The position numbers and the translations under genes are program-made. From Eledone cirrhosa (Eukaryota): a DNA stretch of 64,000 nt. Location of the stretch: the NCBI GenBank assembly GCA_964016885.1, contig OZ024742.1, positions 74,958,001-75,022,000 of the forward strand. Direction: 5' to 3'. Within the stretch, counting starts at the first letter, position 1. Each line of letters begins with the position of its first letter. Below are positions 24,455-38,335 of the stretch, one piece after another. Below the pieces are notes generated by a model. That model was not told where the DNA came from and searched no databases. It was given only the letters and a program-made list of their open reading frames with translations.

Positions 24455-27400
24455 CTTAGTCTTAGTCTTAGTTACTCCAGTCCCTTGTGGAACATTGGGC
24501 AACGAGCTTCCTCCACTTGATCCTGTCACTGGCGGCCCTTCTAGCACCTCTCCAGGTAATTCCCATCTCCCGCAGATCCTCTCTGAATGTTCTTCGCCAT
24601 GTTTTTCGTGGTCTTCCCCGTTCTCTCCTGCCACCTTCTGGTACCCAATCCATGGCAATATGAGCAGGTCAATCTGCTGGCAAACGAAGGATGTGGCCCG
24701 CGAACTGCCGTCTCCTTTTTCGGACAATGTCCCTTAACCTCTCCAATCCTGACCTCATCACTTCCTCGTTGCTAACTTGGTCTATACACGAAATTTCAAT
24801 ATGGTCCGAATGCAACGATGGTGGAATACATTAAGCTTGTTACATACACTTTCCGTACTCTTCCATGTCTCACAGGCATATATCGCTATTGGTACTACAA
24901 TGGACATGTAAACACGGAATTTGACGGCGTTGCCGATGGAACACCTGGACCATACCGGACGGAGTCGCTGGAAGACCGCCGCTGCTTTTCCCAGCCTTGT
25001 GCGCACATCCACCTCAGCATCCCCATCGTCAGAGATGTTGCTGCCAAGGTATTGGAAGTCGTTTACACATTCAATGTTACGCTGACCAAACATGATGGGA
25101 GGATTTGGACGGTCACCTGTCGACATGGTCTTGGTTTTTTCACAACTGATGCGCAGGCCAACTTTCTCTGCATTGTCATTTAGAACGTTTGTCACCTCTT
25201 GCAGGTCTTCTCGGGAATGGCCTATCACTGCGATGTCATCGGCAAAGTCCTGGTCGCTTAATTTCCTTCCATCCCAACTGATGCCAAAACGAGGGTCACT
25301 CATTGTCCTCTTCTTGATGAAACGAGGGTCACTCATTGTCTTCTTCTTGATGAAACGAGGGTCACTCATTGTCTTCTTCTGGATGAAACGAGGGTCACTC
25401 ATTGTCTTCTTCTTGATGACAATGAGGAAAAGGAAAGGCGAAAGGATGCAGCCTTGTCGAACACCCGTCAAGATGTCAAACATTTCCGTGTTTCCGTCCT
25501 TTGTCCTAACGCAGCACCTGGAATGTCGGTACAGCGACCTGAAGATGTTAATATATTTCTCTGGGACACCGTAGAGTCTTACAATCTTCCACAATGACTC
25601 CCGATGAACACTGTCCAAAGCTTTCCTGAAGTCAATGTAGTTGACAACAAGGGACTTGTGGAACTCCCGACATTGTTCAATGATATTTCGGAGAGTGAAG
25701 ATCTGCTCTGAACAAGACCTTCCACAGCGGAAGCCAAACTGTTCGTCTCGAAGATGACGATCTACTTCTGCTCTCAGCCGGTTCAGGATGACTGTGCAGA
25801 ATACCTTCCCTGGCACTGATAGCAACGTGATCCCTCTCTAGTTGTTGCAGTCGCTGAGACAGCCCTTCTTCGGTAGTGGTACAATCACTCCATTTCCCCA
25901 GTCCTCCGGCACCTCCACTTCTTGCCAAATCACATTGCATAAATGGGTGAGCTGCTCCTCTATTACATCCTTGCCGTACTTCAGAAGCTCTGCAGGAATC
26001 TCATCGATCCCTGCCGCTTTGTTATTCTTTTGGCAGCGGATGGTCTTGGCCACCTCAGCTCTTGTGATGTCGTCTAGTCGTACATCCATCCGGTAGCTCG
26101 CTTCCTCTCAGTCAAGCTCGAAGACTGTGTTGGGGGATGGCCGAATGTGTTCGTTCCACCCCTGGGCCTGCTCTTCACTGGCTGCAAGTATCCGACCATC
26201 TTTGCTCATGATTGGCAAACTGCTTCCACTTCGTCCTCCAGTTAGCTCTCTGACAATCCGGTACAGCGTCTTGGAATCATTTCGATCTGCTTCCACCTGT
26301 GCCTCTGCAGCCCGATCTTCTAAGCACTGGCGCTTGTATTTTCGACAGCTCTTCTTTACTTCCTTGTCAAGACGTCTGTACTCTTTGTCCACTTCCTTCC
26401 ATTGCTGTCGAGTTTTGGTTTGATCTCTTTTGTTCTTAACATCCTTCCTCTCGTGAATGAGATTACAAGAAGTACTGCTGATCCACTGTTCCCAGTTGGT
26501 CCCACTTCTTCTACCGATAACTACATCAGCACTCGCCCTGACCGTCTGAGCAAACATCTGCCACTGGTCCTCACGGTTCTGTACGTGCTGTAGTTCTTGG
26601 AACTTATTCCTGATCTCCGGGTAGAATCCCTCTGACGTGGATTGGTCTTCCAGGCTTGCGACAGCATATGGCCTCACGATCTTATTTGCTTTGTTCTTCT
26701 TCAACGTCAAGCGGATTTTTCCAACCACAAGATGATGGTCAGATCCGACGTCTGCCCCTCCGTAGGTGCGAACATCGAAGAGAGAGGAACGCCACCTCGT
26801 GCCAATGCAGATATAATCAATCTCATTCCTGGTGTTGCCATCAGAGGAAGTCCATATCATCTTGTGAATCCGCCTATAGGTGAAGAATGTATTCCCGATG
26901 GAGAGGTTACTGATACTGCTCAGGGACAGCAACCGTTCCCCGTTGTTATTGGTGGAATCAGTTGAACCGTGGGGGCAAATGGCTGAATGCATTTCTCTCC
27001 TGTCTCCATCTAGCTTGGCATTGAAGTCTCCAATCACCAGCCTAATGTCTGACCTGGCTGTTTCCTCTAGGACATCCTGTAGTTGGATAAAGAAGGTATC
27101 CTTATCTTCATCTGAGACAGTTTAAGTCGGGGTGTAGACTTGCATTACGGTCACCTTGGCTAACCTTGTGCTCAATCTGGCAGTAATAATTAGTTCACTC
27201 ACTGGCCTCTATCCCACAAGAGCCCGTGATACATCTCCGGTGAGGATGATACCAACTCCGTGGACATGGTAGTCATCATCACCGGAGTAGAGAATAGTCA
27301 TGTCTCAGCTGTCGAGTCCTCCCCGTCTTGTCCACCTCGTCTCCCTGATTCCCATGATGTCAAGGCGATATTCTCTCATCTCTTTCAGCACCTGCTCCAT

Positions 27401-27501
27401 CCGCCCGTCCCGAAAGAGAGTGCGGACATTCCAGGTGCCTATTCTTGTGTTTGATTTGGCGTTGAAGATAGGACTTATTCGCGGTCGGTCCTCCTTTCGG
27501 C

Positions 27502-27505
<4 letters not shown>
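24455..27505 (-). mobile_element. RTE-clade LINE (APE + RT), near-complete but disrupted
   Basis: RIGTWNVRTL, IGDFNA, EIDYI, GSDHHLV, KAAGID, IDFRKALDSV, GVRQGCILSP, FADD, YLGS, GRPRKTW; (GACTAA)n tail; TA-rich flanks. Confidence 0.93.
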
Positions 27506-27564
<59 letters not shown>

Positions 27565-27647
27565 ATAATAATAAATTTGAAGACTAAAATCCAAAGAGGG
27601 CTCGATAAGGATAAATATATATCAAATATATAAGAACCGTAGTGCAA

Positions 27648-29896
27648 ATATTTATTAAAATAACAGATTAAAGTTTAAGCAAAGAATCTCTGCTTTCATC
27701 CTTAACGGAATCTTCTGAAACTAACAAAGTCTATCTGTAAACACAGAAGTGAATATTTCAAAAAAACGTTGCAACCGGAGTAAGACAGGAAGACGATACT
27801 TTGGTTCGTGGAAATCTTCCCTGGCAAAGAACCGGAAAAACGAAAATAATACGTCATTAATAGGAGCGGTGAAAAACAATTACGCGCAAAGACAGAACCA
27901 CGTTTATGGTATAAAAGAAGTCGTAGACTAATGTTCTCTTAGGTAGTGCATAGAGACGTTCTCTGGCAATGAACGGAAAAAACGAAGATAATACGTCATA
28001 TGTGGAGCGTAGATAACAATTGCACGCAAAGACAAAACCACGTAAATGGTATAGCTGAAGTCGTAGACAAAAATTCTAACTAGGAAACCGAATGAATCTC
28101 CGCTTCAGAGTAAAGAATAAAGTAAATAAATACAATACAGAGGTAATAGAAATTAAATAAATACATACACGCATTCAAATACGTACATACACAAGCATAC
28201 GCGAAAACACTTGCCATAGCTATACAAAACCACGCACATATAAATATGTGTGTGTGAGTGCGTGTATACAAATAAATAAATAATTAAATAAACGTATATA
28301 AATAAATAAATAAATACGTATATAACAAGCGCACACACATACCTATATGTAAATACACAAATGTTCGGAGACTACGTCAACCAAAACATGAAGTACACAT
28401 ATACACACACCCTACATACGTACGAACCTGCATACTCACACAGACGCAAAACGCTCGTATACACATAACCAAACCATATGTACCAGAAAATATAAAATTA
28501 TACGCCATAACATATACAATCAAATATACGTACGAGAAAGTATACGTACATTGACAAAATATACAGGTAATAAATACTTACCTATGCAAATAAGTAATGG
28601 TATAAACAAAACATATACTTAGCTACCACATCAAGACGTAAAATATCCACGTGTAGATCGTACTATCCGTTAGGGTATAATGTGGGGCTGTAATACAGGA
28701 AAGTTTTGTACAATTTATGTTTACAAGCCGAAATTGCCTAAGATTTTTTGTTTAAGATGTGGTCTGTGGCGTAGAGTATTTCCAGGGCCTCATTGGCGCA
28801 GAGGTCAGATGGTCTTTTATTTCCGTTATACGATCTAGCCCTAGCTAGGATCTCTCAGTGTAACTTATATTGGGTGTGGTTGTCTTTTAGACTCCAGATA
28901 TAAGCTGGAAGTGACGTCATATTCCTTTTTAGAGGGTAACGAAAAGAATGGGTAAGCATGTAAAGACGCTGCTTGAATCTATTGGCGGTTAACCCTATGT
29001 AGGCCCTACGAGACGTGGGTGTTACAACCTTACATTTGTAGACAATGTTACTAGAGAGGCATATCCCGGATAGGGGGTAATCAACCCGATTCCTACAATT
29101 ACAGTTAGTATTAACTACAGGGTTGCACGTGTTCCTACGGCTAGGTAGTTTAGCTAAATTTGAAGCTGTGATGTTATGTGCAAGGTTAGGAGTCGTAGAG
29201 TAAGGAATTTTAATAGTATTTCTATTAAAAATTTTACTATATTTATGTGTAGAGGGAAAATGCTTCGTAATAAGGGAAAGAAAGATCTTAGCTAATGGTG
29301 TGGCCACCTCCATATTATATGGTGGGTTATACCAACAAATGCGACGGGATCTATTTCTTCTAGGTCTATTTTCGTACTCTGTATATGCTACCTTATCGAC
29401 AAGAGCTTCATTGTAATAAGTGGAATGGTCGTTGAAAATATGCTCGTTAGTAGATAGACGGGAAAGCCTCAACGAAACGTTTCTTACCAGGTTCTTGGTT
29501 ATGCTGGCATGATGGTTGGAATGCTTACTTGTGTAATTAAGCGTATCATTCGGCTTTCTATACGGGTAATACAACCCATTCGATAAATTGAGGGTAACGT
29601 CGAGGTAATTAACGACCGAGAGATTGGCCTCAACCTGTATAGAGAGGTTGAAGCCTTTAAAGAAGGCTGTGAGTTCTTTTCTGAACCTGTCGCAAGCACG
29701 AGGTCCGCACTTAGTCATGGTCAAAAGACCATCATCATGGTACAAACCACCGCCCGCGTTGGGGAATTCGTCCTTGATAGAGAAAAGAAGGAAAAGGCCG
29801 ATAGGATCAGTAACCTCCGCGACTTTGTTAGTTTCAGAAGATCCCGTGAAGGGTGAAAGCAGCGATTCTTTGCTTAAACTTTAATCTGTTATTTTA

Positions 29897-29905
<9 letters not shown>
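27648..29905 (-). mobile_element. Penelope-like element, 5'-truncated, with an inverted terminal repeat
   Basis: ORF 28855-29745 has YHDDGL, NYLDVTL, YRKPN, WYNPPY and NIVYKC..YIGLT (GIY-YIG); 27648-27731 is the reverse complement of 29821-29905. Confidence 0.85.
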
Positions 29906-29927
<22 letters not shown>

Positions 29928-29931
<4 letters not shown>

Positions 29932-30640
29932 TAAAGTTAGTCCTTCATCAGTGATCTTCCAACCATCATTGGTATTTCATCGCTTTAAAGACCATATACC
30001 TCCGGTGTGTGCGAGCAACGGCTAAAAAAAGTCGTTGGGACACGTAAATAAAAGGGAACACGAGTGTAAACAAACAAAATGGTGAAGCAACGAAAAGTGA
30101 GGAAGAAGGAGTCAAGTCCCAAATTTCTATGAATTTAAATTCGGTGAAATCGTGAACGAGAGAGAATAAAGACCATCAAACCTGGTTGGAATGTAAGCAA
30201 GGAAGGAATTCCGTACAGGTCTAACGGGAGGAAGAAGGGATCTAGTCTGTGATTTCGGTGAACGTAAGTTCTGTGAAATCGTAGACGAGAGAGAGAAAAA
30301 AAGCGACCTGCCAGACCAAGGGTGCGAAAGAAAAGAATTACGCACAGGTCAAACGGGAAGAAGGAGGAGGAGGAGGAGGAGAGGTAGTAACAGATAATGA
30401 GTGAGTGAAGGGTGAGGAAGAGGCTAACAGAGAGAGAGTGACTGCTAGAGAGGGTAAAGATACAAAGAAAGAGGAAGCAGTAAGAACGAAATAGACAGCG
30501 GGAAAAAAAAATGTGTAAATATGAGATAAACGGTGGAAATCGATTAGATATATTGCCAATCTATACACAATTAGGTACAAAATCAAAGTTAGAAGAAACA
30601 ATGTATATAAGCATACCAAAATTATGTCTCTACCCCATGA
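29928..30640. repeat. Unclassified GA-rich repeat family; related copies at 33495-34000, 34085-34600 and 35460-35780
   Basis: Shared TCCTTCATCAGTGAT..CCATATACCTCC..GCGAGCAA start; always next to (TA)n. Confidence 0.7.
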
Positions 30641-30995
30641 AGTTTCATTCGCTTTTTGGAAATATCAGATAAAGGATAAATTCACGAGTTTCGAAATCAT
30701 CAGGAAACAAACTCAATTGGACAAAGATTTTTCTTAAATGATCCCCGCCAGAAACGAATTCAAACTGGCTAAGAACTGTGACGTGGCTAGTGGTCAAGTC
30801 AGAAAGCGCAGCCGAATACTGCCTAAATTGTTTCTCAAGAGAAAATACTGTATACATTTTATCAAATGATTCTATGGACGTACTTTCTTATATATTGCTC
30901 TGATTGTTGATTATTTAATTAATTAATTCGTCATTGAGCCACACCGTGAATGGTTGCCAAAAACACATATATATAACTAGTTTATGTATATGTAA

Positions 30996-31094
<99 letters not shown>

Positions 31095-31937
31095 CACGCT
31101 GCAGTACCCGGCAATAGCCAGGAAAGGTGAGGTTATTCGCAGTTCCCAGAGAGCGCCTGAAAATGCTAGCCTCCCTGGGTGCCGATAGTAGATTTTCAAT
31201 GCAACCTTTGCTAGGTGTGTTTATGGCAGATCAATTTTTTGTGTGGAACTATCAATAGCTGCTTAAGTCATAAGTCCTTCTTCCATCCAGCTTTCTTCAT
31301 TCAGAGTGAATAAGCCGTTGGAGTTTGAGCTCGGAGAGTATCAAACTTATTCAACAAACTTATGTATAAGAATAGCAAACTTACTGCCTAAGCGCTCAAA
31401 AACAAATACAGAACAATTGAAGAAGTCATCGCAATTATTGAATAAATTATAACCGAGTGAACATATTCAGGCACTTTTCTAGCACCCTGTATATCACCGT
31501 TTGTAAAGCCCTCCGAATGACTGAAGCAATTCAATAAAACCCCCTATAGTAGACATAACCCGAGAAAACACACCATGATAAGTCGGATAAACAATCAGAA
31601 GTGTTGGCCCTAAAGAGGGCCTTGTAACGTTCACTGTTTCAAAGTGTCAATAATGGGGGAGAAGTTACATCTTCGTGTTAATCTTCCAACGATCCGTCAC
31701 CTCGAAATATCGACAAAATAAACTCTACACTTAAAGACGGCATACTACAATTAACATGCCGCGAGTACTAATATTCGTCAACATACGATTTGGGTTTTAT
31801 TCTTCGGACTAATCTCATGGCAAGCAAACTTCCAGGTCATTGATCATCACAATTTTTTGTAACTTATCACCGATTCCTGCAGTTGATATTAATTTGACCT
31901 AAGTGTGTGCACGTGTTCAGAATCCATATAAGTGGAT

Positions 31938-32012
<75 letters not shown>

Positions 32013-32519
32013 CTATTTTCCCATTTTGACGCTATAGTCACTTATATAGTATGGAATACTGTTGGCTTCTTGCTACAATACTTTCTATACCTTTTATTTA
32101 TATATATATATATAGATAGATAGATAGGAACGAGTAAGACCCCTGGGGTCCTACTCGTTCCTATTACCCACTCTACTACCCTAAGTATTGAGTACTTTGT
32201 TGCGTTATGGTCCATCTGGTTCCTTACCACATTTCCTTCGTTATATATATATTTATATATATATATATATTTATATATTATATATCTGCTTTGTTTGAAA
32301 TTTCTTTATGTATATTTTTAATAAGTTGTTGCCTCGTTTCGGAGGACTGAGTTATGGGAGGAAGGGGGGTAGTGGAAGGGAGGGTTTAACATACAGTAGT
32401 AGTATCTCTTCTTCCCCCTCTCACACTGAAACGTCTTCTCTTTCCTCCTCCATTCTAAATATGTCCCCAGGGGTTCCATTATTGATTTTTATTGGAATCC
32501 AATTAGCAATTCCTGTTTC

Positions 32520-32637
32520 TGAATATTAGCTTAACATGTGTGTAAAGTTTCATCAGGATCGGATCACGGGTGTAGGCGCCAACTGTTTATACACATATAC
32601 ACATATACACAGACAGAAATTGCCACTTATATTGTAG

Positions 32638-32640
<3 letters not shown>
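32520..32640 (+). mobile_element. Possible Helitron/Helentron-like 3' end
   Basis: AAGTTTCATCAGGATCGG..ACAGACAGAA..TTATATTGTAGAT pattern resembles DINE-like termini. Confidence 0.4.
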
Positions 32641-32691
<51 letters not shown>

Positions 32692-34016
32692 TTGTTTGTG
32701 TGTGTATGCATGTATATACGCCCCTGAGCACCACTAATTATACGGTGATCATTCATTCATTAGGTAATATAATTATAAATAGACATACTTAGGGCAAAAA
32801 TTAAACCGGCTACTTTAGGAAAAACACCGCCAAATTCAACGACACTGTTTGAGTTTACCGCGAGAAATCAAAATTTCGAATGCTTTTGACTGCTAACAGA
32901 ATATGATGTCAGCTACATCGGATCTCGATTTATATTTCCTGTTGATATGCAGATGTTATTTATAATACATATAATCGCTAATTAACTGTTTCTGATTAAA
33001 TTATTATTTATATATGCATATACAAGTTACACCTATATAGAAACGCACGTAGAAATTAAAGAATAGATTTAAGTTGTTAAGCTTGGTTTTTCTTCATTTT
33101 TAATAAGTAAATTCATGCTAAATTTTTTTTTCCCTCATAAATATTATTCCATTGAAAAATAAAAATGCCTGAATTACGTCCCCTGCAATGAACAATATCC
33201 TCTCGATATAAGGACAAAGATAAAATGAGTTGCGTCCCTTGTGTTCAGCAAGACCATACGAGACGAACCGATAAATAGAAACGAAAAACATTCTTCGAAA
33301 GACTGCAACGGAAATCTGTTTGAAAGGCTGTAAACACAGCTGGAACCAGTAAAAGTAAACAAAAATATATAGAAAATATATAAATAATCATCAAATTACT
33401 TGGCACATTATTACAGGAACCTTCTAAATAACCAAAAGGTCAGTCATTGCATTCTCAAAACTAATTTTCCCTACTATATATATATATATATAAAACATGA
33501 GAAGAAAGAATACTGCGTGGTTGCACATGGGTTACATATGATAAAAATAGTCCTTCATCAGTGATTTTCCAACCTTCATTGGTATTTTATCGCTTTAAAA
33601 ATCATATACCTCCAGTTGGTGCGAGCAATAGCTAAATAAAGCTATTGGGACAAGTAAATCACGTAAAGCAAGCGAGACAAGTAAACAAACATAGACGGAT
33701 AGCAACGCAAAGATAGGAAAATACAAGCACATGGGAGTCCGATCAGCTTTAGCTGTGTGGTTTTCATGGGCGAGAGACTACAGACCGTCCGACGCGAGTG
33801 AGGTGTGAGCAAGAAATGACCCCACTTCAGGCCAAACGGGAGGAAGAGAGAAGGGGAGAAGCAGAAAGTGAGTGAGCGGAAGTGCGAGGAAGAGGCCAGT
33901 CGAGAGAAAGTGTAACTGACAGAGGGGGCGAAAGAAGACGAGAGAAACAGAGAGAGCGGGGAAGCAGTAAGAGAGAAACACACAAACGCAGCTGGGGAAA
34001 ATATATATAAAAATAT

Positions 34017-34086
<70 letters not shown>

Positions 34087-34599
34087 ATAAAATATAGAGA
34101 AAAATACTGCAGGTAGCACATGGATAACATGTAATAAAATGAGTCACTCATCAGTGATTTGCCGACGATCATAGATATTTCATTGCATTAAAAATCATAT
34201 ACCTCACGTCGGTGCAATAATAACCAAAATAAGTTATTAGGACAATTGAAACGCGTAAAGCGAGTGAGACAGGAGAACAACAAAGAGTATATCTAACCGT
34301 AGGGGAAAGAAACAAGCTTCAAAATGATTCTGTTTAGCATAAGCTAGGTGAATATATGAGCGCTTTAGAAAAAAGACCTGACACGAACGATGGCCATGTG
34401 AGAAGAGAGAAAAATAGCCTTCGTGGTGTACAGGATGAAATGAAGAGAGGAGAAACAGTGAGTGAGTGAAAGTGTGAGGAAGAGTTAACTGACATGACAT
34501 AGGGGGCGAAAGAAGGTAGGAGAAACAGAGAGAATGGGGGAGCAGTAAGAGAGAGAGAGAAAAAAACACAGAATCGCAGTTTGGGTAAATATATGTAAT

Positions 34600-34679
<80 letters not shown>

Positions 34680-35285
34680 GTCAGGTCACCAGTTGGTGCT
34701 ACTGGTAACATGTATCCCAGTACAACCTGTCTCATGGTCGGGTCGTTGGCGACTAAACTGGCAACCCCACCAAGGTTTCTTGGTGAGGAGGGTGACTTTG
34801 GACATCCTGCAGGACTAAAAACAAAACCTGTCAAAGGGCAAAGGAGCTCGTAAGAGTCAATGGCCATCCAAAATCACCGGGAGAGATGACCTCTTAGCCT
34901 TTGTCAAGGCAGAATTCTAGGAGAAGAAAAACTCTGATATAACACCTGCAACCCTGATGGTATCCAATGATGTTGACTTGTTCTTCTTTTTGGTAAATAT
35001 CATCTTGGTTAAGAGAGTGGGACTGGCTTTGTGCAGTGCCTTTGCTCACTATAAAAGCTTCACGGCACAGGCATTGCTTTATATCTGGAGATCTCCCTGC
35101 ACTTGTCATCACATGGTACCATGGGCCCAGCACTATGTGTCAATAATTGTCAGAAGTGTAGTGTTTGTACCAGAGTTTTCAAGTCGCTGGCTGGACTAAA
35201 AAGTCACACTCGTTCAGCGCATCGGTAGGGGTTCTCCAACATGGATATAAAGTAGTGGCCGTACTCGAAAACGAGTTGGCAGCCA

Positions 35286-35287
<2 letters not shown>
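34680..35287 (+). mobile_element. Non-autonomous RTE-derived element, subfamily 1, full length, inside (TA)n
   Basis: Near-identical to 357-964. Confidence 0.8.
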
Positions 35288-35353
<66 letters not shown>

Positions 35354-35781
35354 ATATTATTCAAAATGTTAATAAATGAAAAATATTCTCATAATAAAAA
35401 AACATATATTTTATTATACATATTTCAAATATATATATATATACATATACATTTATGATAATAAGGGCGCTGCGGAGTTGCAAATGGGTTACATATGAAA
35501 AAAGTTTGTCCTTCATCAGTGATCTTCCAACTATCATAGGCAATTCATCGCATTAAAGACCATATACCTCCGGTTGGTGCGAGCAACGGCTAAAAAAAGT
35601 CGTTGGGACACGTAAATAAAGGGGACGCGAGGGTAAAACAAACAAAATGGTGAGGCAACAGAAAGTGAGGAAGAAGGAGACAAGTCCCAGATTTCTATGA
35701 ATTTAAGTTCGGTGAAATCGTGAACGAGAGAATAAAGACCATCAAACCTGCTTTAAATGTGAGCAAGGAAGGAATACACCC

Positions 35782-35813
<32 letters not shown>

Positions 35814-36400
35814 ATATTGTAGGAATTGTGTGAACAGCCATAGCTGCTATTGCGCATAGCAAAAGTTGGTGTTAAAATAAGAACGAAGAACGACACTATA
35901 GCTCTTCTGTGACACTCTTTCCACCCCCTCCCTTTCCCGTTATTTTTCTTATTTCTTTCTCTTTGTTTTTTTTCTAAATTTCCCTATTCTTTCTTTCCTT
36001 TAGCTCCGCCCCCCTCTTTTTTTTCTTACTAAATAAGGGTTGTTTTTTACTTTTGAATACATTTCCTTCTGTTTACATATTTTATAATGTATGAGATTTC
36101 TTGTAATGTTCATTTTTTGTCATATACAATGTCTTTTAATGTTGAAAAAGTCTGAAGCAAAGGTTGGGGGAACGATTATAATATATTTATATATACTACT
36201 ATATGTAAATATACTACGTATGAATGTATATACAGTGTATTTTGCAATACCGTGTATGCTTAATTAAAAGCATTTTGAAGACCTTACGCTATTGTTTTAT
36301 ACTACGAATATATAAATAGAGAGAAAGAGATAGTGGTTCTGAGAGAGTAGATTGAAAGAGAGACATAGAGGAGGGAGGGAGAGGAGATAGAGAAGGAGAG

Positions 36401-36442
<42 letters not shown>

Positions 36443-36598
36443 GTTGTTTTGTATATATATATGTGAGTGTGTGTATGTGTATATGGATATGTCTGTGTAT
36501 ATGTGTGTGTGTGTCTGACCAGTGTATATAGATCACAGACACCCACATATATATATACACATTCACATACATATATATATATGTATATACACACATAC

Positions 36599-36653
<55 letters not shown>

Positions 36654-37356
36654 TATGGGCCTTCCAGTTTCATTTCACATTATATACATGTCTGTGTTTC
36701 TTTTAATTATTAAAACATTATTTTTAAGTGAACATGATTTAAAAAAAACTATTTTCAAGTGCGCGTGACTCAACGGTTAAAGGGTGGTCTAGTAGTAAAT
36801 AATCTTCCAAGAGGAGATAAGTTACTTGGTTAACCATAAAGGAAAAGTATGTGTTGTTTTTCTCTTAATTTCGAGTACATTTTTGTATGTATGTATGTAT
36901 TCTCAGGTCCTTAATAATAAGTGTATTATAATATACAGGGGGTGGAGTGTGTGTGTGGAGAATCGGTAATTTTTCTAGGTTGCCTCCTTTTTAAAAAAAC
37001 CATAATTAATCATTTAGCTTAAATATCGAAAGCCCATCCCATCCAATTTTATATGGTATGAGATTTCTTATCATGTTCATTTTTGGGTCATATATAATGT
37101 TCTTTTTCTTCTTTCTTTCTCTCTCTTTTTTCTATATTACCCTATTCTTTCTTTTTGTTTCCCATTTTTATTTTTTCTTACTAAATAAGGTTTGTTTTTT
37201 GCTTTAGAATAAGCTTCCTCCTATTTACATATTGAGAGCCCCACCCATCCTATTTTATAACGTATGAGATTTCTTGTAGTGTTCACTTTTTTTTGTCATA
37301 TATAATGTTTTTTAATGTGGAAAAATTCTGAAGCAAAGGTTGGGGAAACGCTTATA

Positions 37357-37537
37357 ATTGTTTCTACTTTTGGCACAAGGCCAGTAATTATCCAGTACAT
37401 TACTGGTACTTTATTTTATCGACTCCGTAAGGATGAAAGGCAAAGTTAACCTCAACGGGATTTGAACTCAGACCGTAAACGGACGTAATTATGCTAGAAA
37501 GCATGGCGCCCAACCCTCTACCGATACTGCCAATTCA
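37357..37537 (-). mobile_element. tRNA-derived SINE with Meta-like core
   Basis: GAGTTCAAATCCC B-box; core AACTTTGCCTTTCATCCTTACGG.GTCGATAAAATAAAGTACCAG. Confidence 0.85.
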
Positions 37538-37835
37538 CATATAATGTATGTATCTTAGTTTGATTAAGTTCTTGTCCTTGATATCTCTACCTATGCGAAT
37601 GTTGATGACGTATTTCTCTTACTCCTCCTACCACCTGCCACTACATTAAAGTTATAAAAGCATTCCAAGCGTTGTGGGTGTTTATACGTGGCAAAAACTA
37701 CGTATATATATAGTGAGTATTTTGTATGTTGCGGAGGATTACTAGTCAGTTGAGAATACACCCAACTAGGAAGTGAGAAGGAAAGTACTTTCATATAACA
37801 GATTTTCGAGGTAAGGGACTACTATAGTAAATAAT

Positions 37836-37980
37836 TGTTTCTACTTTAGGCACAAGGCCAGTAATTATCCAATGCATTACTGGTACTTTATTTTATCGAC
37901 CCCGTAAGGATGAAAGGCAAAGTCAACCTCGGCGGGATTTGAATTCAGATCAATAAGGGACGTAACTATGCTGGAAAGCA
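37836..37980 (-). mobile_element. tRNA-derived SINE, 5'-truncated, 18-bp TSD
   Basis: ACTACTATAGTAAATAAT at 37818 and 37981. Confidence 0.9.
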
Positions 37981-38084
37981 ACTACTATAGTAAATAATCT
38001 TCTTCCGAGAGGAAGATGTATGTATGTATGTATGTATGTATGTATGTATGTATGTATGTATGTATGTATGTATGTATGTATGTA

Positions 38085-38162
<78 letters not shown>

Positions 38163-38174
38163 TGTGTGTGTTAT

Positions 38175-38232
38175 GTCAGGTCGCTGTCGAGTGCTACTGG
38201 TAACATGTAACCCAGTACAACCTGTCTATGGT
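38175..38232 (+). mobile_element. 5' fragment of the RTE-derived element
   Basis: GTCAGGTC..GTGCTACTGGTAACATGTAACCCAGTACAACCTGTC. Confidence 0.65.
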
Positions 38233-38335
38233 CGTGAACGTGACCCAACGGGCGGTCTAGTAGTAAATAATCTTCCAAGAGGAGATAAGTTACTTGGTTA
38301 ACACTCATAAAAGGAAAAGTAAGTATGTATGTATA

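Noticed and set aside
30680-30705. CTGATGA-TTTC-GAAAC on the minus strand
   Set aside because: No helix II and the cleavage triplet would be GUG
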